64,000 nucleotides of DNA from Octopus bimaculoides (Eukaryota), in assembly GCF_001194135.2 (NCBI RefSeq), contig NC_068982.1:94268866-94332865 (forward strand), written 5' to 3'. The translations under genes and the position numbers were made by a program. This document shows, piece after piece, positions 13,237 through 27,383 of the stretch (position 1 is its first letter; every line of letters starts with the position of its first letter). Below the pieces are notes generated by a model that saw nothing but the letters and a program-made list of their open reading frames with translations, searched no databases and was not told the origin of the DNA.

Positions 13237-13655
13237 ATCATTCATCTTTAGTCCTTGCTTTAGTCCTTGAACTGTGCCCATGTTGGAGCACCTCCTTGAA
13301 GTGTTCAATCGAACAGTTCTAACCCAGTACTCTAGTACTACTATCATCCCTTTGCCGAACCATTAACTTACAGGGGCATATTGAAGGTGGGTAAGCATAA
13401 ACAAAAAGACACACAGACATGCATATACGCGCGCGCATACACATGCATACATACAGAGAGACAGACATATAAATACATATATACACATGCATACATATGC
13501 ATATATACAACGGGCTTCCAAGCAGTTTCTGTCTATCAAATTCACTCGCAACGTATTAATCGGCCCGAGGTTCATTCCCACACTGTGAGAATGAACTCGA
13601 AACCAAGCGGCTGTAAAGCGAGTTTCATAACCACACAGACTTACCTGCACCTATT
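13237..13655 (-). mobile_element. tRNA-derived SINE family S2 (CORE-like), degenerate
   Basis: Homologous to 27384-27800 and 32199-32640, including the central CA/TA microsatellite. Confidence 0.7.
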
Positions 13656-14498
13656 ACTGTTTTATTTTTTTATACTCTATTATTGTTTTGAAAAAAAACT
13701 ATTATGGAAAAATAGTTTAAGATTGTTGATCATGTTCCTGGAGTTTAGTATGTATTCTTTCTCATCATTCACACATTTTTTTTACACCATTTCCAAAAAA
13801 CTGGATATGATCAATTTTAAGTCACATTGAAACAATGTGTCGCATATTTGGATAGATTACGCTGTTCATAATGTGCATATTTAAATTTCGCTTATGAGAT
13901 AAATTATGGAACTGATTGCTAACTGCCCGTTTTCAATTCATTTGTCTGGTGATGCGAGGTAGCATCTGAAGATTTTTAGGCACACCGAAACATGGAAATG
14001 AGATAAGTGGGTTACTTTACAGCGGTTGATAATTCTATTCCAGAATTGCTTTAAACTAATAAGGAGGGAATATATTTGATGGTAAATACAGGTTTCTCTG
14101 AAAGCTGTCTTCTTTCTAGTGTTTATTACGTAGTCACAATGCAAGTGTGACGGAATTATCTGAGAATTTGTTAAATTAAATTTGGAGCAGTTCACATTTC
14201 TAACACCATTTTTTCTTAATAAAGGAAGGAATATATGTTTCCTATGTTACGAGAAGAGGGCATACATCATTAGCGTGAAGATGATCCTTAAAGTTCAAGT
14301 TTAAGGTTAGTGTTTTCGCAGAAGGAACAACATTCACAAGTTCATGCTGTAATAAATCATTTTTAACCTTAGCTGATTGACTCACACAGGTTGCAGTTTA
14401 AAACAAGGAGTGATTGTGATAATTTGATTGTTTGAAACAAAGAAAAAATTGGTGTTATGTGATTACCTCTCAATTATGAAGGAGTGGTCTGATGTCGT

Positions 14499-14796
14499 GT
14501 AGTACGCGTGAATATACTAATTGCATGGCAGGTATAAACGTTCATAATTGTTTTATTTGTTAAAGTACATGGATCTTCGTCGATTTCGACAAAGAGTAAT
14601 CTTTTATGCAATCAACAGAAATATGTACTAACTGTACGTATTATTGAGTAGTATGCATGGATATACTAGCTGGACTGGCAGATACTAACTTTTATAATTG
14701 TTTTATTTATAAAAGTAAATGAATCTTCGTCAATTTCAACGAAGTGTAATGTCTTACTCGATAAATGGAAATATGTATTAATTGTATGTTTAACTG
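14499..14796. repeat. Old tandem duplication, ~149-bp period
   Basis: The unit at 14499 (gtagtacgcgtgaatatacta...ataattgttttattt...tcttcgtc...gaaatatgta) recurs from 14648 with many substitutions. Confidence 0.8.
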
Positions 14797-15824
14797 TGTA
14801 AGAAACTCCCTATTCCACAAACACGAGTTAATATAATACTATGGCAGAATCAGCGAAGCACACATAACAAGCCTGGGGCTTTCAATTGCAGATGAAATCC
14901 TTCCGAAGGATTTCCACCAACCCAGTTTCTCCTACAAGGCTTAGATCACCCCAAAGTTATGATAAATAGCACTTACCTAAGATACCGTGTAGAGAGAAGG
15001 CAAGCAGAATGTTGTGATTGCAAAGCGAACTTTTTAATAATTCGTCCATGTGTATCAGTTTAGTCAAACTACTTAGATATGATTGGAACTTCTATAGTGA
15101 TAACCAAATGAGTTACATGCCTCAATGCGAGTAGTGGAAACTCATTTGAAATTACAATAACATCAATTACACGCGCACGCACACACACACATACACACAC
15201 AAATACAAACGTGCGCGCGCATACACATATAGAGGAAATGAAGTTCAAAATGCATAGAGAATATATTAGAATAAATTAGAATTCAATTATATTCTAAAAT
15301 ATTAAATTCTAATTCGATTTATTCTATATGCATTTTCAACTTCATTTCTTCTGCTCCCCCACGTACTGGAACTTTGACTACCATGACTAAAGTTGGGTCT
15401 AAAACTGGAGTAGTTTCTCGTTGCCTTCTCCAGGAAGATGAGATTTGAACTCAGAATGTAGAGAGCTGGAAGATATACCGCAAGGCACCTCTACTGACAC
15501 GCCAACAATTCTTCCACTCTCTCACCTGCAGAGCAACGTGAAATGAAGTATTTTCTCCAGAACAAAACGCGCCGTCTAATCCGGGAATTGAAGAGAGGAG
15601 AAAGTTCTGTTACTTGAAATTACATCCAAGTTGAAGAAATTCAAAATCTTTTAATTTTTTTCGTAATAGATGGGATGTTAGATGGGTTGCAGTCTCTTTG
15701 CATTGAATTAATAATTAATAATTGATGTAAGTCAATTACTGCTAATCAGAACTTCTCCATTTTCTGTTCTCTCTAAATTTATATATACATATATAAATTT
15801 ATATATATATATATGTATATATAT

Positions 15825-16780
15825 NNNNNNNNNNNNNNNNNNNNNNNNNNNNNNNNNNNNNNNNNNNNNNNNNNNNNNNNNNNNNNNNNNNNNNNNNNNN
15901 NNNNNNNNNNNNNNNNNNNNNNNNNNNNNNNNNNNNNNNNNNNNNNNNNNNNNNNNNNNNNNNNNNNNNNNNNNNNNNNNNNNNNNNNNNNNNNNNNNNN
16001 NNNNNNNNNNNNNNNNNNNNNNNNNNNNNNNNNNNNNNNNNNNNNNNNNNNNNNNNNNNNNNNNNNNNNNNNNNNNNNNNNNNNNNNNNNNNNNNNNNNN
16101 NNNNNNNNNNNNNNNNNNNNNNNNNNNNNNNNNNNNNNNNNNNNNNNNNNNNNNNNNNNNNNNNNNNNNNNNNNNNNNNNNNNNNNNNNNNNNNNNNNNN
16201 NNNNNNNNNNNNNNNNNNNNNNNNNNNNNNNNNNNNNNNNNNNNNNNNNNNNNNNNNNNNNNNNNNNNNNNNNNNNNNNNNNNNNNNNNNNNNNNNNNNN
16301 NNNNNNNNNNNNNNNNNNNNNNNNNNNNNNNNNNNNNNNNNNNNNNNNNNNNNNNNNNNNNNNNNNNNNNNNNNNNNNNNNNNNNNNNNNNNNNNNNNNN
16401 NNNNNNNNNNNNNNNNNNNNNNNNNNNNNNNNNNNNNNNNNNNNNNNNNNNNNNNNNNNNNNNNNNNNNNNNNNNNNNNNNNNNNNNNNNNNNNNNNNNN
16501 NNNNNNNNNNNNNNNNNNNNNNNNNNNNNNNNNNNNNNNNNNNNNNNNNNNNNNNNNNNNNNNNNNNNNNNNNNNNNNNNNNNNNNNNNNNNNNNNNNNN
16601 NNNNNNNNNNNNNNNNNNNNNNNNNNNNNNNNNNNNNNNNNNNNNNNNNNNNNNNNNNNNNNNNNNNNNNNNNNNNNNNNNNNNNNNNNNNNNNNNNNNN
16701 NNNNNNNNNNNNNNNNNNNNNNNNNNNNNNNNNNNNNNNNNNNNNNNNNNNNNNNNNNNNNNNNNNNNNNNNNNNNNNNN
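15825..16780. other. Assembly gap (N run); others at ~5019, 6173, 21144, 25295, 38525, 40945, 44431 and 59099
   Basis: N runs, most bordered by (AT)n, (GT)n or (TTA)n microsatellites. Confidence 0.97.
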
Positions 16781-17119
16781 ATATATATATATATATATAG
16801 ATAGATAGATATACAATTTTTCAGGCCGATCCCATGGAAAAAAGTTTTCACCTCCATTTTGAAAACAGTCTCGTTTCGTTCTCAGGATTTCTTGTAAATT
16901 CGTGTAAATGAAACAATGAAACAATGAATCAAGTGGCGATGCTCTAGAAAGCATTTTGGGAGTTTGTCTCCCTTAGATTTGTGTTTTCGGGAAGTTTCTT
17001 TATTTTTTTTCGATTATCTGTTTGTCTTTGTTCTGGACATGATGTATTTGTACTTGTATGTTGAGGTTGTGCGAAAATCAGTTGCAATAGGAGGAGCTGA
17101 ATCTCATAAGAATGGAAAA

Positions 17120-17680
17120 ACAAACAAATTGGTTGTACCTTATAATGAAACACTTTTAAGAACATTCAAATGTCGCTGTAACGTTGGAACAGTTGCCTCA
17201 GTGTTGGTCATTAAGTACGTCATCAAGTACACGGGGAATAGAAGTGACTAAGCTGCTGTTCAAATAAACAATGATAACGAAATTAGTCATTATCTAATGA
17301 GTAGGTATATTGGACCATTCGAAGCAGTTGCATCTATTTTAGGATTTTCAGCGCATGAAAGAGCACCTGTAATAGACTACTGTAATAGAGAATATTGCTC
17401 AGAAATAATGAGGATATATATGGCTGTCAATGAACGACATATGAGAACAACATTGACAGAATGTTGACATTGCAAAAAGCATTACTTTATGCTGAAGTAC
17501 CTATGTATTTCACTTGGGGCAGTTGTAATAAAGAATGGCAAAGGAGAAAGGGAGGAATAAATTTGAAGGTCATTTGAACGTTTTCAAAGAAAAAAAACAC
17601 TTGGTCATGTTTATGTTATCCTACTAAAAAAGAACTGTATTATTTAAGAATTTTATTACATGAAGTTCGAAAGAGTACTT
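17120..17680 (+). mobile_element. Helitron Rep fragment (motif 3 region)
   Basis: VVPYNETLLRTFKCRCNVGTVASVLVIKYVIKYTGNRSD*, then EISHYLMSRYIGPFEAVASILGFSAHER, LLYAEVPMYFTW and YYLRILLHEVR. Confidence 0.85.
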
Positions 17681-19543
17681 TTTTCCTTTCCCTCTACGCA
17701 TCGAGATTTCTAACTTGGAGTGGTTGTATCCTAATGGGTCACGGAGGGTACATCTAGTATATATACAGATATACTAGATGTACCTGTATATATACGTATG
17801 CGCGCGCGTGTTAGTGCGTCACGTTGGTTGTTTATATTACATTTGCAGATTCAAATTTCTTTACAGTACGTTCTATCGTTTATTAGTTTGTGGTTATGTA
17901 TTTAGGAGGTGACACTCTTTTTTTACGCTCGTGTTTTTTGCGTTTATTTTCTAAACATAAGTTTTGTAATTAGGTGTGATATATATGTTGTCTTCTCTTT
18001 TTAAGCTATTTTTTTTAATGACGCCTTCATTTTTCTCTATCCTGTAATCAGTGAACATATGATTCTTGCAATATCTCAATCAATAAACTCGGCATAGATA
18101 GTATATTTGCACATTCTTCTAATATAAAGCGAAGGAAGATGATTGACTTTGTAAGCATAGAAAATCCAAATGCAAGGTCAAATGTAAGCTTAAAGAGGCT
18201 AACACCATTATGTTATCGAAGGATAAAATTCAATGTGCCACCCAATGCGCCACTCACAAAAAGTAAAAAAATCACACACACGCACACACACACGCACACA
18301 CACACACACACACACACCCACACCCACACACACGTGTGTTTGTATGTGCTTGTGCGTGCGAAGGTGTGTTTGTATATGCGGATATGGTTCCATATATGTT
18401 TGTGTATATAAATGTGTGAGTCTGTCGATGTTATTTCTATATTGGCATTTGATCCTCTTCTGTTTACTTCGCACGCTTCAAATATAATTTAACCTAAACA
18501 ACTAGAACCTAATATTTGTAGGGTTCTTCCACATAAAATACCAAAAATGCATGCGAGACGATGTATGCTTAAAAACTAACCATCTATGTGCCATGACAAT
18601 GATGAGAAAGAAAGAAATGAGAAGAAAAAAGGCGAGAAAGAACAAATGAAAGGGAAAAGAAAAAGAAGACGGAACAGTGACAATGATAAATGCTTATATA
18701 GTCATAAACAGTGAAGAGAAGAGAAATAATGCAGATGACTAACGACGACCGATATTAAGAAGTCAAATGCCAGTCAACTTGAATGCAACGTTTGACGGTA
18801 AGTTCAATGAGGAAGAAAAAAAATCACCTAAAGTATATAAGAACTTACTATTAACTATTTTTCAAACAGTTGTAGCACTACTGCGTCAGTGATCAGTTTG
18901 CAATAATGTGATACAAATGCTGGCCTATTGCAATTAATTCAAAGTGAATTTAAATGTTTTTGTGTGTTTTAAATGGTTAACATGATCGATATCCTATGTT
19001 TTAGCTAATACTATACGTATAGGCATTAGCACACACTCACGTTCCCAAAGATATTAAGCTGAAACTTTATGAACTTCGACTCTGAGTTTTTTAAACCATA
19101 AAGAGTTTTTAAACTGTAAAGAAATCGTACAACTTGACTTATATATGTGAAATACAAACCATTGAATATGCAGATTAATGATAGGAATTTTTTTGCTTTG
19201 ATTAGATCGTGTCACAGTATAATTATAGGAGGCTGTATAATTATTTCATAGTAAATAGTAAAAACAAAAACCAAGACGCTCACAGGTTTTCGCAAAATCT
19301 AGGCTAATCATTGCTATATTAAAAGAATTAGCATCAAACTTCTTTACAACAGGTCATTATCAAAAGAAAGCAATTGCCATGCATGTGTGATTATTTTTGT
19401 ATCTGATTTACTGATTGAAGCATAGCTTTTGGCGAAAACAGATTTTTGGAGTAACGATTTTTTTAAATCATAGGATAAAATTCAATTCGAAGCTGAAAAA
19501 AACCATATCAAAGTTTATTACTTATACTATTAAAGCAACTAGT

Positions 19544-19835
19544 GCGGAGGCGTAATGGCCCAGTGGTTAGGGCAGCCGACTCGTAGTTATAGGATCGCGG
19601 TTTCGATTCCCAGACCGGGCGTTGTGAGTGTTTATTGAGTGAAAACATCTAAAGCTCCACGTGGACCTCTCGCAGGGGATGGTGGCGAACTCTGCTGTAC
19701 TCTTTCACCACAACTTTCTCTTTCTTTGTTGTGCCTGTAATTCGATGGGTCAGCCTTGTTACGCTGAATTTCCCCGAGAACTACGTTAAGGGCACACGTG
19801 TCTGTGGAGTGCTCAGTCACTTGCACGTTAATTTT
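19544..19835 (+). mobile_element. tRNA-derived SINE family S3
   Basis: tRNA-like head with A box TGGCCCAGTGG (19556-19566) and B box GGTTTCGATTCCC (19599-19611), followed by a non-tRNA body. No 3' acceptor strand, so not a tRNA gene. Confidence 0.75.
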
Positions 19836-20659
19836 GCTTAATGCTAAGAATAATAATGTCTATGATTCTTTTATTGAATAAAACCTCACTTGCTCGTTTC
19901 ACAGAAATTTAATATCAAATATCCGTTCAGTGCTAATATATTTTATCGCCGTTAATCGAAATATTTGTTGAAATATTGTAATATGTATAGCTGATGAACA
20001 ATCGTACTCTAACTGTTTGATTAAATTAAAAATTGAATTAAACAGTGACGTCACTAAGGATAAAAACTATATATTGGTGATAGGAAAGAGAAACAGACTA
20101 AGGAGTGCAAATAATAATAATTAGGTAAAGCAAGTTAGAGAATTCAAATCAAAGTAAATACAAAATGCATGTAAGTATAAAAATGTGTAAAATAAACAAA
20201 TGAATGAAATAGACAAAAGTTAGCTGTTATACAATTTAATGATATCCATTGTAACTCATTTAACACAAGAAGGCAACAACTGCCGGTTTACTATGATATT
20301 TATAGTGCTAAAAGAAGTTCAATTGTTGGCACATCTTAACTTGAAGAAATGATATTTATAAAAAGAGGATTAATAAACAATGTGTTAATAAGCACGAAAT
20401 ATGTAAATATAACTCTAGCTCAAATACAAGGTTTAGTATTTGATTTTAGAGGAACAAATAAACAGTAAATACAGATCAAGCAGCATGAAAGGTATAAAAA
20501 TAAAGAGAACCACAATATAATACTCTCGTATATCTATTTCTTTTCCTTTCTTCATAGAATGGATATTTATCCTCTCTTTTTCAAATGATTTTTTAATGTT
20601 ACTCTCTGCTAAAATAATGTTTCCAATCCCCTGCACACTTTGCATTTTAGCTTTCAAAT

Positions 20660-20942
20660 GATGTCATCACGCTGCCTAAACTGGCCGGACAATATCCTCT
20701 CTGAACGGAACGCCAGTTCGTCGCTGAGTTACCACCCTTTTACACCTGAACCGACTGAAGCAACATGAAATGAAGTGCAGCCACTTTGGAATTGGAAGCT
20801 ACGATCTCGCAAAAATAATTCGGCAGCTATTGACGATAACAATTTCTCTCATTTCCGTTTACTCTTCGTTAGGTATCTGACAGGTTCGTTTTATGAACCT
20901 ACGAAACTTTAAGTTGCATGGAGCTTAGTCAAACTTTTATTC

Positions 20943-20992
<50 letters not shown>

Positions 20993-21143
20993 ACACATGT
21001 ATACATACATGTGCGTATAAAGGTAAAATTCCTTCTTGAGTTATACCGACTCGTTGGGGCTGGTTTCCCGGTTTCCATGGTACATTTACTCCCCACCTGG
21101 ACATGACGCCTCTCCGTCAGAGGATTACTCATTTTCGCCAGCT
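20660..21143 (-). mobile_element. Two fragments (20660-20810, 21040-21143) of a further SINE-like family; related piece at ~15520-15600
   Basis: gagcaacgtgaaatgaagt at ~15533 matches gaagcaacatgaaatgaagt at ~20757. The acgcc...cgtcg motif is shared between ~20709 and ~21106. Confidence 0.45.
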
Positions 21144-21515
21144 NNNNNNNNNNNNNNNNNNNNNNNNNNNNNNNNNNNNNNNNNNNNNNNNNNNNNNNNN
21201 NNNNNNNNNNNNNNNNNNNNNNNNNNNNNNNNNNNNNNNNNNNNNNNNNNNNNNNNNNNNNNNNNNNNNNNNNNNNNNNNNNNNNNNNNNNNNNNNNNNN
21301 NNNNNNNNNNNNNNNNNNNNNNNNNNNNNNNNNNNNNNNNNNNNNNNNNNNNNNNNNNNNNNNNNNNNNNNNNNNNNNNNNNNNNNNNNNNNNNNNNNNN
21401 NNNNNNNNNNNNNNNNNNNNNNNNNNNNNNNNNNNNNNNNNNNNNNNNNNNNNNNNNNNNNNNNNNNNNNNNNNNNNNNNNNNNNNNNNNNNNNNNNNNN
21501 NNNNNNNNNNNNNNN

Positions 21516-21549
<34 letters not shown>

Positions 21550-21789
21550 GTATATACATGCATATATGTTGATATACATCCGTATATATGTGTGTTCGTT
21601 TATATACACATAGCTGTACATACACTTATATATGTATATATTTTTAATGAATATAGGAAAATATATAGATATCAACAAATTTAGGGAAAACAGCAATTAA
21701 AAAATATTTATGTATGAAGGACTCATGAAAAAATATGAATATATAAGTGGAAAATAACGTGAGACTGAATTGATCTACTCTGAATATGC

Positions 21790-22105
21790 TTTTCTTAGCG
21801 GGAGGAAAGAAACTGGAAGAGGGCACTTTCTCATGCCTTGAACATGGCAGGGTAAGCCGGGTTTTTTGTGAAGAGTTTACCCAGGATTACCCAAAGTGGA
21901 GATACTATTTATTTATTTATTTATTTATTTATTTCTATACTTTCTATTATATATCCTCTGTTATATCCTTTAATGTGGTAGTATGTCCTCTTGATTGATG
22001 TTAACCCCACATGTTTTTGTAGTTTTTGCGACTTATTTTGTACTGTAACTCGTCCTTCGATATTGCACTCCATGTCTTGGGCCCTTGAGGCCAATAAGAG
22101 AAATC
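21790..22105 (+). mobile_element. 3' end of Tx1/L1-clade LINE
   Basis: Similar to 23610-23831 (gagggcactt...gtttt...gagttt). Ends in gcccttgaggccaataagagaaat. Confidence 0.5.
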
Positions 22106-22120
22106 CGTATTATTATCGTT

Positions 22121-22290
22121 AAGGCGGTGTGCTGGCAGAAATATTAGCACGCTGACACGAAATGCATAGCGGTATTTTGCCCGTCACTACGTTCTGAGTT
22201 GAAATTCTGCCGAGGTCGGCTTTGCCTTTCACTCCTTTCGAGATCGATAAAATAAGAACCCGTGGAAGATTGTGCCTATAATAGAAAGGG
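22121..22290 (+). mobile_element. SINE S1 with type-2 tail running into (ATT)n
   Basis: Head aaggcggtgtgctggcagaaatattagcacg and B-box-like gagttgaaattc. Tail gattgtgcctataatagaaaggg, then (TTA)n at 22291-22417. Confidence 0.8.
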
Positions 22291-22320
22291 TTATTATCAT
22301 TATTATTATTATTATTATTA

Positions 22321-22417
<97 letters not shown>

Positions 22418-22419
22418 TT

Positions 22420-22620
22420 AGACATCACACAATATACAATATCGTGAGGTTGCTGATTGAAGATATTATCTACCGGGGGTTTGTACTGTTTGTCAAGTCA
22501 CAACAATCACCTCAAACAGACAGTACTTTACGCAATATGCATGCAGTTCCAAATAATGCAGACGTTTGCAAAACATCTGGATTGTAGGGTATTTCTAAGG
22601 TTTTCAGATGTTCTTTCAGA
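22420..22620 (-). mobile_element. R4/Dong-like 3' end
   Basis: Minus strand reads LKEHLKTLEIPYNPDVLQTSALFGTACILRKVLSV*, followed by a UTR and then (AAT)n on the minus strand. Confidence 0.85.
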
Positions 22621-22646
22621 TTGTGTGGTATACTGCAGACATGAAA

Positions 22647-23830
22647 GCGTTGAGAGGCATCCCGCGCGAACTAGGGCGTAGGACAACCGTGTCGGCAAAT
22701 GCAGACGACGCCACCGTCATAGTATCAAACATTCGGCACATCGACTTGGTCGGCATTGCCGTAGGAGAATATGAGGTGGTGACAGGAGCAAAAATTGGTC
22801 AAAAACTGTCTGTGGACTTGCAGCTCGGCAACTGGAGATGTAGGTCCATGCCATCCAATAACGTCGTGGGACGCTTGGTGGAGGACTGGGCATACTGTGG
22901 CTGCTGATGCGTAGAGTTGAGCTGACGCTACGACATCTCCAGCGCTTTCTTGGCAGTGAGAAGGGCGCCTAGCACCTAGAGTTTCGTCAAGCGCTCACAA
23001 CCCTCTTTCAGTCGAGCAATGCGATTAGTGGATGTTCAATTTTAGCATTCTATAGAGTGTTAGCGGCGGGCAAGTGCGATGACGTCCTCTGGGAGACTCT
23101 GGGTGTCGACGAGAATCAAATGGCTGGTTTGTTCTCGACGACTCTCGGAGCGTATGAGTAATTTCCGGTAATGCTTGAACTGAAGAGAGTGGCATTGCCG
23201 GTTCGGGATAAATTCTACAGGCACGGAAGTATCATCAGTCAGGCTTGCTAAAGATGCTCATAGAGCGACAAAACTGTTCTGAACACTTTCAGTCAGTGCC
23301 CGTGTATTGCTGATTTGTAGGTTTATCTGCTATCACGTGTAGGACGGATCCGGCTATCGGCTGAGTGCATTGTGAAGGTTGTCTAGCCGCCTTTCTTTGG
23401 CCGGGAAGGGCAGGCAGTGTTTCTGTCTCGTAGCAAAAGAGATTGTGAGATGGACCAGATTAAAAAGGCTGAAAGCAGGTACTTTTCCTCTTTGACCAAC
23501 CTCTCATTAACTGTTTCAAGTTTCACTTGAAACGGAAAGTGAGGGTAGAAACGTGGGTGAAAGTGGAAAGAATGGTCCCAATGACCGGGCTTCCTCAAAG
23601 CATAGGCCTTTAGACGACAAAAAGAGGGCACTTCTCCTAGTGGCCAGGGCCTCCGTGGTTTTGTAGAGTTTTCATGATCAGCCCTGGTAAGTCTCCCACT
23701 TTTATAGAGTTTTTCATTGTTGAAATTTATATTATCGTTGTCACTGTTTACACACCGTATTTTATATAATCACATTGCCTTTTAACATCCCCAGTGTTTT
23801 TTGTGAACCCTTAGTGGTTAATAAAGAAAA

Positions 23831-23831
<1 letters not shown>
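22647..23831 (+). mobile_element. Tx1/L1-clade LINE 3' portion (RT domain 5 to 3' UTR), degraded
   Basis: ALRGIPRELGRRTTVSANADDATVIVSN...EYEVVTGAKI and WLLMRRVELTLRHL are paralogous to 52200-52990. Ends in cccttagtggttaataaagaaaac. Confidence 0.8.
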
Positions 23832-23887
<56 letters not shown>

Positions 23888-23888
<1 letters not shown>

Positions 23889-24043
23889 CCGAAGTCGACT
23901 TTGCCTTTCGTTTCGGGGTCGATAAATTAAGTACCAGTAAAACACTGGGGTTGATGAATTAAGTTCCTGTGAAACAGTGGGGTTAATGAGATCTACTATC
24001 CGTCTACCATCGATTTCCAGGCTTTGTGCTTATAGTAGAATGG

Positions 24044-24050
<7 letters not shown>
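23888..24050 (+). mobile_element. SINE S1, 5'-truncated, type-2 tail
   Basis: gaagtcgactttgcctttcgtttcggggtcgataaattaagtaccag...ggctttgtgcttatagtagaatgg followed by (ATT)n. Confidence 0.75.
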
Positions 24051-24101
<51 letters not shown>

Positions 24102-26515
24102 GTAGTAGTAGTAGTAGTATGAAGTGTAAAATATGATAAGAAATGGTGTGTTTATTAGATTATGGAGCATAAGTGCAGGCTTCGTGTTCTACAAATGTGA
24201 CTGAGAATAATGAAAGGAGGTAAGCTATTCTTTTGAGAGGAATTTAGCATATGTGGGAATGTGGTTGATGAGAATTTGAAAGGGAGATTAGATCTTCACA
24301 AGATGAGGAAGACGCATATAAACGTGAGAAGACGAATGATAAGTGAATTAAAAGTAAAACTGATAATGAACTGCTGATATAAAAAATAAAAGTAGTATAT
24401 TTTCTGATCACAAGTTCATATAGAATATTCTTTAGAGATATAAATCGATATAAAAAATAGAGTAAGAATGTTTGTCACTAGAATGAGAGTGAAAACAAAA
24501 ACTGATAGTGTTTGAAAAATTCGTAAAGAACAACACTTAATTAGATGGTTGCCAAGCAATGACAACAAAGCTTGCAAATGAAAAGTGAATATATATTTAC
24601 TGGCCGGCTTCAATAAGTCTATTGGTATAAATACACCTGAAGTATTTAAAAGAAACATTTCAAAAACTAGAAGAGCTGTGATGCAGATGTGATGAATAAA
24701 ACTTAATGCCAAGTGACTAGGCATGTTACTGTTCGAAGGATATTTGTCGGAATATTTAAAGTGATAAGGAAATAGACATCATGGTTAAGAATAGAATAAA
24801 GAAGACGAATACGATAGTAAATAATAGAAGGAAATGCTTATAGCTATCAAAGTAATACATTAGAAAAAAAATTAACCGGAGTTCAAACCACAGTAGCATA
24901 ATGTTTACGAATATAAAAGCATACATCGTGTATAAATAAATTACTAGCTACATGTTTCAGGAAATGAATGTATTCTAACAGAATACAAATAAATGTGTAG
25001 GCTACAAATACAAAATGAAATAGACATACACACATACGTATATGATACATTCTCCATATATATTGAAAATGCAAGGGGATTATCAAATCCGAGCTGCATC
25101 CACAGTCAGCACTTCTGCGAATACTGGCTAACAGAGTGTATACAAGTGGTTAATTTTCTTTAAAGGAAACCACTCATACAAACCGAAAGTGTAATAAATA
25201 AGTTGAAAAGTATAATATAATACTTGTAAGAATGGAGTTTTTGGTATTACATTTATTTTTCAACAAGCAAAAATGCTTATATATATATATATATNNNNNN
25301 NNNNNNNNNNNNNNNNNNNNNNNNNNNNNNNNNNNNNNNNNNNNNNNNNNNNNNNNNNNNNNNNNNNNNNNNNNNNNNNNNNNNNNNNNNNNNNNNNNNN
25401 NNNNNNNNNNNNNNNNNNNNNNNNNNNNNNNNNNNNNNNNNNNNNNNNNNNNNNNNNNNNNNNNNNNNNNATATATATATATATAATATATATATATATA
25501 CTTTTTATGTTTCACTTTACCAGAAATTTGGCAATAGCATAGTCTTAAGCACACTACTGAGTATGGGAGTTCGTTGAAAGCTCCAACAGTGAATAAAATG
25601 TATCAGGATAAACGGTACTCTACCTGTAATGGTAGGGATCTACTCACTGACTTTGCTTAACTCATCATTATCAGAATCAAAGAACAACATTACTCACAGA
25701 ATTTTAGCGATACTGAATAACGCTCTGTAAAAACACCAAAAACAATCCACAGTAAACAAAATACACGGGTACATTTCAATCAATAATTATTTACTACTCG
25801 AGGAAAGTAACTTAAATTTCAGTGTAGATATCAGACTAGGCTCGAACAAATCCTCCCTCAAATCCTTCCTCTCCAATCGACAAGTTGTTTTGTTCCATAC
25901 TTCACGTCTATACGAGTATATGAGACTTTAGAACAAAACTGAGTGATTGTATTTTTCGTTTGGATACCGTAGTAAATGAAACGTAAGTTATACCCCTCGT
26001 ATTGTTAGTAATTATCTTATAAGAAATGTTCAGTGTCTCTACCTAAATTGTCGTGTTGAAAAATACTTAAAAGATTGAGTGATTGCTTAATTAGTGGTTA
26101 AATTGGTAATTTATGTGATTGCTTTGTTAATTAAAGAACTATAAACGAAAGAAATCCCACATGTGTATTAGATCTAGTTCAACATAAATGTGGAGAAGAC
26201 AGGAATTTAGATCAATTCTCAACAAATGAATTCTAAAAACGTGTTGTTGCTAAAGAAAGTGTTACTCATTGACAATCATTAAAAAGCAAATGCGGATTCC
26301 GAAAAATATCGAAAATATAGGCATGGTGAATTAAGTAATCTATTGATTTCTTAAATAGTCACAAAGCATCGACTTTGTATTCGATGGGAAGCAAGATTCT
26401 GAGGCGTTTACGCCTTTTCAAGAGTATTAGTGAAGTAGGTGAATTGAAATTCTTTCGTAGTAGATTTTGAAATTGCATTGCTGAACGTTATTTTTCAGTG
26501 CAAAGAAATATCTAA

Positions 26516-26564
<49 letters not shown>

Positions 26565-26714
26565 GCACACACACACACACATATATATAAGCTGATAATA
26601 GAATACAAATCTATAACTACATGATTAGTTTTAAAGTGTGTTCATATGTACACATGCATATATGCATGTACGCGCAAAATTGCACAGACACTTTCATTCA
26701 CATACACAGACACA

Positions 26715-26776
<62 letters not shown>

Positions 26777-27383
26777 TAACTGCAAAATGCTTACATAGAA
26801 TTTCATCCACGGAAATACGCAAACACTTACACACAATACTCACACACGTACACACAAAAATAACTACAAAACACATACATAGCTGTTCTCTTACCTTGAT
26901 AACCTAGTTAGATTTTGCTGAAAGGGAGACAATTCTGTAAAGATATGATGAATATTAAATCAACTGTGAAACATTTCAAAAACTCTATTCAGTATACAAA
27001 ATAAAGAGAAATGGGGTCAATTCATTCAACTACAAATTGGTACCCCAACATGGCCGCAGTCTAAGGACTGAATGACGTAAAATGTAAAAAAGAAATGTGG
27101 TTGGTGAGTTCTAAGGGTGTTGAATTTTCTCTCAAAGATTAAAATTGACTCAAGTATAATGAAAATAGATCGCATATAATTATCTGACCGATGACTAGTA
27201 TAAATGGTATAATAAACAGTAAGATATGAGGAAAGCAGTGATGGCTTGCTTCGAAAACTAATGTGTATAAGCAATCGAAAGGTGGATCAAATTGGCATAC
27301 AGAAAAGAAGAAAAAAATCTAACCTTTCCACTGTAACGAAATTGTGAAAAGGCTAGATTTTCTGCTGTCTTTTTATCGTTTAT

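Noticed and set aside
18730-18805. Plus-strand exon ending in GACG|GTAAGT
   Set aside because: Candidate acceptors give stops in all frames and there is no supporting neighbouring exon.
19544-19620. Apparent tRNA gene
   Set aside because: It has A and B boxes but no closing acceptor stem and runs into a repeat body, so it is a SINE head.
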